A stretch of 20,000 bases of DNA from an uncultured virus (IMG/VR IMGVR_UViG_3300042315_000659) (taxonomy: Duplodnaviria > Heunggongvirae > Uroviricota > Caudoviricetes), in IMG/VR virus record IMGVR_UViG_3300042315_000659; one strand, given 5' to 3'. Made by a program: the position numbers and the translations under genes. Shown here one piece after another: positions 7,106-14,400 of the stretch (within the stretch, counting starts at the first letter, position 1; every line of letters begins with the position of its first letter). The notes below the pieces were generated by a model that saw only the letters and a list, made by a program, of their open reading frames with translations, had not been told where the DNA came from and did no database searches.

Positions 7106-8778
7106 CCAGTCTCCCAGAGTGTAAGCTGCGTATAGCCTGCGTTGACTGTTTGCGCGGGTTGCGAGTGGATCGACCTTTTCCTTGTTTTTTTCTTGGGTGT
7201 CACTGGCTCGGAGGTCAAAACCAGTAAGGTTTCGAGGGTTTCTTCCCCAAGTAACAATCGGCTGGACTTGTCAAGTAATTCCTCCTGCGCTGATTCCTTA
7301 TCGAAATCCTTCAGAGGCTTAACTTCCCCGGTACAAGCCGGGTAGCTTCTTACGAAGTCTGCTTTCCCTAAGATGTTGATTGCGGCGGCCACATCTCTGG
7401 GTAAAGTACATCCACACTCTAAACATTTATGGGTGCGGGTTGATAAACTTTTTTTAACACGATTGCCACAGCGAGGACAATCCTGACTGGTGTAAGCTGG
7501 TTGAACCTTGATAAACTCTCGGTTGGGAGTTTTCATTTTCGTTTCAAGAAAACCGGTTAATTGTCCTAAACTAGCATCAGCAAAGGATTTATTTAATCCC
7601 CCTTTGGCTTTCGCGTTATTGCGTTCGTAGCCTTTACCGTCTTCTCTTTTTTTCGGTTTAGGTCGTCGCATTAAATTCTTTAAGTTGAGGTCTTCTACGG
7701 CTACAGCGCCATGATTTTTGACAATATCGGTACTTAGGGCATGATTAAATCCTTTGCGTTGTCTTGCTATTTTTTCGTGAGTTTTAGCAACTTTAGCACG
7801 AGTTTTAGCGAGATTTTTGCCGTCTTTATTTTCCCCTGCTTTATACTGTCTAGCGGTTTTTCTTTGCAGTCTTGCTAGTCTTTTTTGCTGTTTTCTATAG
7901 TATTTGGGCGGGTCAATTTGTTGGCCGTCGCTGGTACTAATTATATATTCTAGTCCTACGTCAATACCGATTGCTTTATCGGAATCAGGTAGATCATCTA
8001 CTTCAAATTCACCAAATAGACTTAGATAATATCCCGATGGGTATTTGATAATTGATACGGTAGAGGCTTTTCTGTCACCCCATCGAATGTCTAAAATATT
8101 GTTGATAATCTTTAAATCGCCTAATGTTTTACTACAGCTACCTATAGATATTTTATCCCCTTTTCTAACAGCGCAATTGCTGATCTCAGAATAAAGAGAT
8201 TTAATTTTATCTTCTTTTCTTTTAAATCTAGGAAGTTTTCTGTCTAAATTCTTTTTATCGAGTTTGGTGTAAGCTTTCCAGGAATCAGCAAGCTTTTTTA
8301 AAACCCCTTGGACAAAAGCCATAGGGATGTCCTTGCATAGCTCTGGACATTTTTCTTTTGTAATACAGCCACATAACCCAAAATAATTATCAGATTTTAA
8401 CCGCCGTTGAATAGGAATATGAACAGGATAAGAGTGACCTGCTTTTTGTCTTTTTTCTCTAGCTATCTGTATTTTAACTTTTTGCTTGCCAGTTAAATAT
8501 TTAGGGGTGTAAAGGGGATTAGGAAGGGATTTACCTTTTTCGTTTTTCAGGGAGTCAATAAATTGAGGTTTTTTAGCTAAACGACGTTTAACCCGTTTAA
8601 CTGGTTTTTTTGTTATTTTCTCAAGCTCGTCGTAATATTTATTAAGCTGATATTCCATCAGTAGCTCTAGTCCAAAATTCCAGACAGCTTTAAGCTCGTC
8701 CATCCAGCGATCAATATAGGCTCGCTGAGTGGCATTAAGGTTAAGTTTTATGTCCGCAATAGTTTTCTTGACTAGCAT
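7102..8778 (-). CDS. tnpB: TnpB / Cas12f-like RNA-guided nuclease (CRISPR-associated, type V-like), 558 aa
   Basis: N-terminal HTH_OrfB-like KLNLNATQRAYIDRWM..VWN, RuvC-I IGIDVG, bridge helix, RuvC-II VAVEDL, Zn ribbon CPRC/CLEC and RuvC-III RDVAAAINI. All three catalytic acidic residues are present. Confidence 0.92.
   Translation of the reverse strand: MLVKKTIADIKLNLNATQRAYIDRWMDELKAVWNFGLELLMEYQLNKYYDELEKITKKPVKRVKRRLAKKPQFIDSLKNEKGKSLPNPLYTPKYLTGKQKVKIQIAREKRQKAGHSYPVHIPIQRRLKSDNYFGLCGCITKEKCPELCKDIPMAFVQGVLKKLADSWKAYTKLDKKNLDRKLPRFKRKEDKIKSLYSEISNCAVRKGDKISIGSCSKTLGDLKIINNILDIRWGDRKASTVSIIKYPSGYYLSLFGEFEVDDLPDSDKAIGIDVGLEYIISTSDGQQIDPPKYYRKQQKRLARLQRKTARQYKAGENKDGKNLAKTRAKVAKTHEKIARQRKGFNHALSTDIVKNHGAVAVEDLNLKNLMRRPKPKKREDGKGYERNNAKAKGGLNKSFADASLGQLTGFLETKMKTPNREFIKVQPAYTSQDCPRCGNRVKKSLSTRTHKCLECGCTLPRDVAAAINILGKADFVRSYPACTGEVKPLKDFDKESAQEELLDKSSRLLLGEETLETLLVLTSEPVTPKKKTRKRSIHSQPAQTVNAGYTQLTLWETG
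7251..7345 (-). ncRNA. Putative tracrRNA / omegaRNA-derived scaffold inside the nuclease ORF
   Basis: Plus strand 7251-7277 GTAACAATCGGCTgGACTTGTcAAGTA matches 25/27 nt of the repeat in inverted orientation (anti-repeat). Upstream on the minus strand lie hairpin CCCGG-CTTGTA-CCGGG, linker GAAGTTAAG and stem CCTCTG...CAGGAGG. Boundaries are approximate. Confidence 0.8.
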
Positions 8779-8814
8779 GGCTTTTATGGATCGACCTTCT
8801 TTTATTCTTATTTA

Positions 8815-8844
8815 AATCTACCATAACCCTGCTAGAAATGTCAA
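8815..8844 (-). promoter_or_regulatory. Putative promoter of the nuclease/CRISPR transcript
   Basis: Minus strand TTGACA-18 nt-TAGATT with a TG extended -10. Part of a 32-bp sequence duplicated at 9264-9295. Confidence 0.6.
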
Positions 8845-8853
8845 GTAAGAAGT

Positions 8854-9222
8854 CTAAAGATTTTTTGGGATACCAGTTCCCACATCAGAACCTATAGCCC
8901 AACCCTTATAAAAGTTAAAGGCAGTAGTATCAATATGAAAAGGAAAACCTAAAGCTTCCCAGCAGTATAATAGTCTTGGCGCGTCAAGGGTCTGAACCGT
9001 ATAATTTAATCCTGTTTCAGTAATGATAAATTTTCCAAAAATCTCTGGGGCAACTAAAACAGAACAATAGCTAGTGTCGTCAAATTTACCAGATTTTTTG
9101 GCTAATTCAGAAGTAATTGCGATCAAAATTTCTTTTGTAAGTAATCTTTCTTGCGATATATTGCAACTATCTAAGTTAGTCCAAGCGGTAAATTTAACAT
9201 AATTAGATCGGGAATTAAACAT
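8854..9222 (-). CDS. Hypothetical protein (122 aa)
   Basis: ORF bracketed by the two copies of the 32-bp promoter-like repeat. No motif recognised. Confidence 0.6.
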   Translation of the reverse strand: MFNSRSNYVKFTAWTNLDSCNISQERLLTKEILIAITSELAKKSGKFDDTSYCSVLVAPEIFGKFIITETGLNYTVQTLDAPRLLYCWEALGFPFHIDTTAFNFYKGWAIGSDVGTGIPKNL

Positions 9223-9263
9223 AACTTATAGTAGAAAAAGGTGCTAAACTATATTTGACTTAC

Positions 9264-9295
9264 TTAAATCTACCATAAGCCTACTAGAAATGTCA
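9264..9295. repeat. 32-bp direct repeat of 8812-8843
   Basis: ttaaatctaccataagcctactagaaatgtca vs ttaaatctaccataaccctgctagaaatgtca, 30/32 identical. Confidence 0.85.
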
Positions 9296-9430
9296 GATAA
9301 AAATTATTATCCTCTTAACGTCCGTACATCAGAATCAGAAGAGAAAAAGCTAAAAAACTACTGTAAAACCCGGAAGCGGTCAATAACCGATGTAGTCCGG
9401 GAATTGATTAGAAGTTTACCCGATGACTGA
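9290..9430 (+). CDS. Ribbon-helix-helix (CopG-like) regulator, 46 aa, below the ORF-track cutoff
   Basis: MSDKNYYPLNVRTSESEEKKLKNYCKTRKRSITDVVRELIRSLPDD: beta strand LNVR, helix, then S-I-T-D-V-V-R-E-L-I helix. Followed by a terminator-like hairpin. Confidence 0.8.
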   Translation: MSDKNYYPLNVRTSESEEKKLKNYCKTRKRSITDVVRELIRSLPDD

Positions 9431-9460
9431 TACTCAAGAGTGTTGTCAGAATAGCTAACA

Positions 9461-9494
9461 TTAAAAGTGCCGGTCTGTGAACTGGCACTTTTAA
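9461..9494. terminator. Probable bidirectional intrinsic terminator
   Basis: ttaaaagtgccggt-ctgtga-actggcacttttaa hairpin with A/T tracts on both sides, between the convergent RHH and Rha genes. Confidence 0.7.
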
Positions 9495-9496
9495 CT

Positions 9497-10243
9497 TTAT
9501 TCCCCAATTAACAGTTGACGGTTTCTAGCCTTAGAAAAAAGCTGCTTAACTTCCTTGAGGTTTTCGGTGGGGACATAGGATGCTTGATTAACTCGCAACC
9601 CCTGACACACTAAATGAGAGTGTCCATTCTTCTCTAACCAACGCTCTAACTCTCTTCCAGACTTGAATCCTAGTTCTTTCCCTAACTCAGCAGTAGAACG
9701 ACCCTCAAAACTCACGTTTCGTCCGTTTTTACAGATAATTGTCTCGGTGACTTTTTCAACCTTCTCGATCACAATATCTGGACGGCCATCTAACAAGGCT
9801 AAAACCTCAGCACCATGTATTAATCGAATTGCGTCACGCCGATCCATATAATAGGTTTTGGCTTTTGTCAGTTCTAACTCAAGTTCTAATTCTCGAATAC
9901 GTCCACTTTGAGCGGGGATTACTTCTTTGATAAGTTGCTTTGCTTGACTAAATGCCTTGACTAAGTTGCGCTTACAAGCAATGACCTGCGAAGTATTTCG
10001 AGACAGTGTCATCAAAAAAGTTGCTTGCTCTTCATTCAGGTAGCAGTAACGCTCAGGACGACCGCCGCTAGAGCCTTCTAGGGGTTTCGACATTTGAAAT
10101 GCGACAACTCCAAACTCTTGAATCTCGTCAATGTATTTTTCTATGGTTTGACGCAAGGCGCGGTGTTCAATCCCCAACTCATCAGCAATCAAACGAGAAT
10201 CAACGACAAGACAATCATTCTGTGATACTATTTCAATAGCCAT
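9497..10243 (-). CDS. Phage regulatory protein, Rha family
   Basis: VVDSRLIADELGIEH...GGRPERYCYLNEEQATFLMT..RN....KRNLVKAF is the Rha domain signature. The start is probably ATG 10243 (MAIEIV, GAGG upstream) rather than 10318. Confidence 0.85.
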   Translation of the reverse strand: MAIEIVSQNDCLVVDSRLIADELGIEHRALRQTIEKYIDEIQEFGVVAFQMSKPLEGSSGGRPERYCYLNEEQATFLMTLSRNTSQVIACKRNLVKAFSQAKQLIKEVIPAQSGRIRELELELELTKAKTYYMDRRDAIRLIHGAEVLALLDGRPDIVIEKVEKVTETIICKNGRNVSFEGRSTAELGKELGFKSGRELERWLEKNGHSHLVCQGLRVNQASYVPTENLKEVKQLFSKARNRQLLIGE

Positions 10244-10361
10244 ATTGGCCTCTTGTTCAGGTAATGTGGTTAGTCCCCCGTTAGTACCGGGGGCATTGCT
10301 ACAATTGTACCATTTCACATAGTTGCTTGACGATTCTAGTCAGTAGGAAGAAATAATCAGG

Positions 10362-10394
10362 GAAAGAGGATTAAAATAATCCTCTTTCTTTTTT
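10362..10394. terminator. Hairpin with T tract (possible terminator or operator)
   Basis: gaaagaggatta-aaa-taatcctctttc followed by tttttt on the plus strand. Confidence 0.4.
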
Positions 10395-10428
10395 AGTGTC
10401 CTATGCTGGCAGTCATTGTTAGTTTGTA

Positions 10429-10678
10429 GTTAGATTGTAGATATTGTTATTAACAATAGAACCCTTGATATATATAGCTTCTAGACTTTGTTAATACTGT
10501 TAACGCTATCCCCCGATATTATTTTTTTACGCTCTTATTGCTGAGACTGTCTTTCCTTTTTACCCTATTTTCTTTTTTCCTCTATACAGTATTAACAGCA
10601 TCAACAAAGTCTAGAACCTTTACAGGGTAACGGTTTCGATTGTTAATAACCCTATTAACAATCGAAATACAATCTAAC
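10429..10678. repeat. Palindromic non-coding element, copy 2
   Basis: Terminal inverted repeat gttagattgta/tacaatctaac, inner arms ttctagactttgttaatactgttaa / ttaacagcatcaacaaagtctagaa, and hairpin cgattgttaata-accc-tattaacaatcg. Confidence 0.8.
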
Positions 10679-10696
10679 TTCCCACGGCATTACCTC

Positions 10697-10990
10697 TCAG
10701 TTACGCAGAAAAAACTCTGGACATCTTTTTTTAGCGTTGACAAAGATTTTCCTTGTTCTTTCGTTGATAAAATAATCACGCCAAATATTAATTGGTTCGT
10801 ACTGTGACCTCGAACTACTGTTCTGTTCAACGGCATATCTAATCGCTCCCATAGTTTCTCCCAGTGTCAGTCCAGACTTGAGATACTGACAAGTTCTTTC
10901 CTCAAGTATCTCTTGAGTCTGGTTGTCGAGGGATAGTGCCTCGGTAGGCATCATTCCTAAAAACAATAAGCTTAAAATAATCTTTCTCAT
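10697..10990 (-). CDS. Small secreted/periplasmic protein
   Basis: Signal-peptide-like MRKIILSLLFLGMMPTEALS and two cysteines in the mature part. Confidence 0.65.
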   Translation of the reverse strand: MRKIILSLLFLGMMPTEALSLDNQTQEILEERTCQYLKSGLTLGETMGAIRYAVEQNSSSRSQYEPINIWRDYFINERTRKIFVNAKKRCPEFFLRN

Positions 10991-11011
10991 TGGGTTTATG
11001 GTAATTTTCCA

Positions 11012-11443
11012 TTATTTTACCACTCCTAAAGTAGGTACTCGATAAATTAGTACAGGCGGGTATTCATGAATATAGGTCTTCATCACGCCATTTATTGAAT
11101 CAGCATGGACGTACTCACCATCTCCCAGATAAATCCCCACATGACCATTTACTCCTGACTTATAAAACATCAAAATATCTCCTTTACACAAATCACCTTC
11201 AACTCTATCTAGTAACCGATCAAGGAATTTGACTAAGAAGTTATTCCGGGGAATCCGTTCGTAGTTTTCAATAATGAAATCATGGGGCAAGAATCCGACT
11301 TCAATCCCTACGCCAGCAATAAATCCTACACAATCGGTTCCAATCCCTTTAAGCGATTGACCATGAAACCAAGGAGTACCGAGCCATTCAAGAGCTTCGG
11401 TAACAATTTGATTACCCAAAGAATCGTTTTTTAGTTCGTTCAT
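11012..11443 (-). CDS. NlpC/P60 phage tail-associated peptidase
   Basis: ALEWLGTPW.H...GTDCVGF (catalytic Cys) and GHVGIY....YVHA (His residues). Overlaps the end of the tape-measure gene by 32 nt. Confidence 0.9.
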   Translation of the reverse strand: MNELKNDSLGNQIVTEALEWLGTPWFHGQSLKGIGTDCVGFIAGVGIEVGFLPHDFIIENYERIPRNNFLVKFLDRLLDRVEGDLCKGDILMFYKSGVNGHVGIYLGDGEYVHADSINGVMKTYIHEYPPVLIYRVPTLGVVK

Positions 11444-14400
11444 TTTGTGTATTTTCCCGTTCTTTCAATTGATTCAAACTATAACCCATATCATTCCGTG
11501 ATTCTACAGTCACGTTATTGGTGTTATTAATTACCAAAGACTGATTAGAGTTATTGTTATTTGAGGTTGTGGAGTAATTAGGCTTACCCCCGACAAATCC
11601 CCCATTAGCATAGTTCTTAATAGGAGCATTATTTCTGTAGTCTAGATATGCTTCTGTTTCTTTAGGGTTGAGAATTAATTCATCTTCATTGGCTACGATT
11701 AATCGAGGTTTTCGGCCTCCCGACATTGCTCGTTCGCGCTGAAAAGCTGAAATGATATTTTTCTCTATCGGAACATTAGCATCTCCAACTTTCCCACCAT
11801 CACTAAATAGGCTGAATCCTGTACCTAGAGAAAAGGCAGAAGCCGGAGCAGAAGCAAAGCTAGAGGCTCCTACACTACCAAGTGATCCAATCGAACCAAG
11901 TCCCCCAAGTCCTCCACTAAAAATCCCTGTTATTCCGCTAAGTAGTCCATTAAATAAGCCACCTCCGCCACCGCCACCAAAAATAGAGGAAAAGATGTTA
12001 CCTACTGGTTTAAAGATACTGTTTAGGGCATTAGTAAAGAAGTTGCCTACTGGCCCGATGATTGCATTAAATACTGACTCAAATGCCTGAGTTATTGGTT
12101 TAGTAAAACCATCGATAGCAGAAGTTAAAGCATCGATAGCAGGCTTGGTAATACCCTCAACAAATTTTGTCATGATATTTAATCCAAGACTACTAAAAGC
12201 CGATCCTATTCCTTTTCCTTCTCTAATATCAGAGAAAAAGCTTTCAGCTGCGCCACGATTTGGGGAAGCATCTAATGCTACTCGTTCTAATCTTAATTCT
12301 GCAAGTTTTTCCCATTCTGATCGGATATTAGCTACAAAATCAGCGTATTGTGGTAAGTCTTTGTAAGGTTCTAAATAATCCTCTAATTCCTCTTTTTCTT
12401 TTTGTAGGCTAATACGTTCGGCAAGGATAGCAGAATCATCAAATAAAGTCGGTCGAGACTGAAATTCTAGTTGCGTTCTTTGGATAGTTAAATCATTTAA
12501 CCGATCACGAATGCTCCTGACTGTATCTCTGGTTTTTCTAAATGATGCTTCTAAGGTAGCTACTCCCTGATTCTTGCCTAATTGTTCAATCGCTTGATCA
12601 AGAATTGCTACCTGTTTTTTAGCTAATTCAGCGTTTTTAGCTAAAGCATCAATACTATCTGTCATTTCTTTGATAAATTCAGGGGGGAGAGCTATACCTT
12701 TTCTTTGAAATTCTCCTAAGATTTCTTTTATTGCGTCGCTGTATTTTTGTTGAGCCTCAGCATTTAAAAGTAAAGTTCGTCGCTGGTCTTTTAGTGATTC
12801 AATCTGAGAGCGATATTGTCGAGAGACTTCCGTGGCACTCTTGTTAATTTCTTCTTGTACTGTCAGATACCCTTTAGAGTTGATAGTCAAATCAGCGACA
12901 TTTTCGGAAGCATCTCTTAAAGTGCGTTCTAATGCACGGGCATCTTCCTCTTGCTGCCGTCTAAATTTCATTGATCTGTCAAGAGCATTGTTTAGATTTT
13001 GTTGCTCTTCTAGCCGTCTTAAGAACTCATCAGCGTTTTGGTTGGCTGTTTCAGCGTTGCGAATTTGATCAGCCGCTGCGCCAAGATTACCTGTAGGAAG
13101 ATTAGGAACGGGCGGTAAATTAGGACTCTGGAAGTTAATCGGATTGTCTTTAGGAACCGGTGGTAAATCGGCATCCCAGAAATTATCTTGATTTTGATTA
13201 GGTAAAGTCGGTAATTGGGCTATAGGTGGAGGACTACTAAATTCTGGACCACCTTTTCCTTCTTTTGTTTCTTCTTTTGTTAAAACACGGGGAGGTTGTA
13301 AAACAGGAACAGAAGTGGGCAAGGGGACAGGAGAAGGGTTAGGGGCGGAGTCTTTAATGGATTGGCTAATTGCATTAGTAGCATTAGTTATTATTGTTCG
13401 ATTATTTAGTTGATTGCCGTTAATGTTTGCATAAGCAGTTACAATATATTCTTTCCCATTAATGTTTACCAGTCCAACGTTACCAATAACTTTAGAGTTA
13501 TTTCCAATTTTTCCGCCGATTTCATTATTGTACTTAAAATTTCTTGTTTGCCTCAGAGATTGTTCAGCTAATTGACTTGCAGGATTTTGATCTTTAATTA
13601 AAGACTGCATAGCTAACGTTACGTCTTGTGCTGTTGAAATGTTTGGAGTTCCACTGCCTGGTATATTTAAATACCTAGAAATAGTAGTGTTTTTATAACC
13701 TTCTTTTTTGGCTAATTCTGTAGCTCTGGTTAGCCCACCTAGCCGATCAATTAAAACATTAGTTGCCGTATTATCTGACTTTTCCAGCATTAACTGTATT
13801 AACTGTTCAACTGTTCTAACTTGATTGGCTTTTAATTGTCCGTGTGGATCAACCAAAGGCGATTTTATGGCGATAGCATCTTTTAAGGAAAGTTTTCCGC
13901 TTGCTATTTCTTTGGCAATCAAATCAGCAATAATAACTTTAATTGTACTAGCTGGCGACGCTGGGGGTGTTTGAGCATTTTTAGAATATACAGTTTCTCC
14001 GCCAACTTCTTGAACTAAAACAGATTGAATATTTTTTGGTAATCTGTTGGTGATTTGTTGCTGAACTGATGGAGAAGGGCTAGGGATGGAGTCTCTAGAA
14101 CCACCTTGACCGCCGCGACTTGTTTGTTTGCCGTCAAGATCGACAAACATTGAATTAGCTCCTGATTGAACTACCCAGTTAGCAATTTTTGCAATTTGAC
14201 TAGGATCAGTAAAAGCGATACAACCTGCGCTGCCAATCTTTAAATCGTCTAAATGGAATCCGATTTGTGATCTTCCAGTAGAGAATTTTGGTTCGGCTCC
14301 TATCCACGCAGGTCCAACAGTTCCTACTGGAATTTGACTGGGATTATAATTTCTAAACTGTCCAGAATTAAATTGTCGAAGATAGCGAGAAGCGTGGTTA

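Noticed and set aside
7251..7280. Sixth degenerate CRISPR repeat
   Set aside because: It is inverted relative to the array and 145 nt away, so it fits an anti-repeat better.
7102..8778. Ordinary IS200/IS605 or IS607 insertion sequence
   Set aside because: No tnpA (Y1 or serine) is adjacent and I recognised no left-end or right-end hairpins. The position of the right end is occupied by an anti-repeat and a CRISPR array.
7102..8778. Catalytically dead effector (Cas12k, Cas12m or TldR)
   Set aside because: The D, E and D of RuvC-I, II and III are all present, and there are no tnsB, tnsC or tniQ genes.
8838..8912. Second RHH-like ORF starting in the 8812-8843 repeat copy (MSSKKSKDFLGIPVPTSE...)
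   Set aside because: Only 24 codons and mostly antisense to the 122-aa ORF. Similarity to the RHH gene is too slight to call a pseudogene.
13350..14045. Antibiotic-resistance beta-lactamase gene
   Set aside because: It is an internal domain of a virion protein, lacks an evident Glu166 and has KIG for KTG, so it is more likely a PBP-like peptidase.
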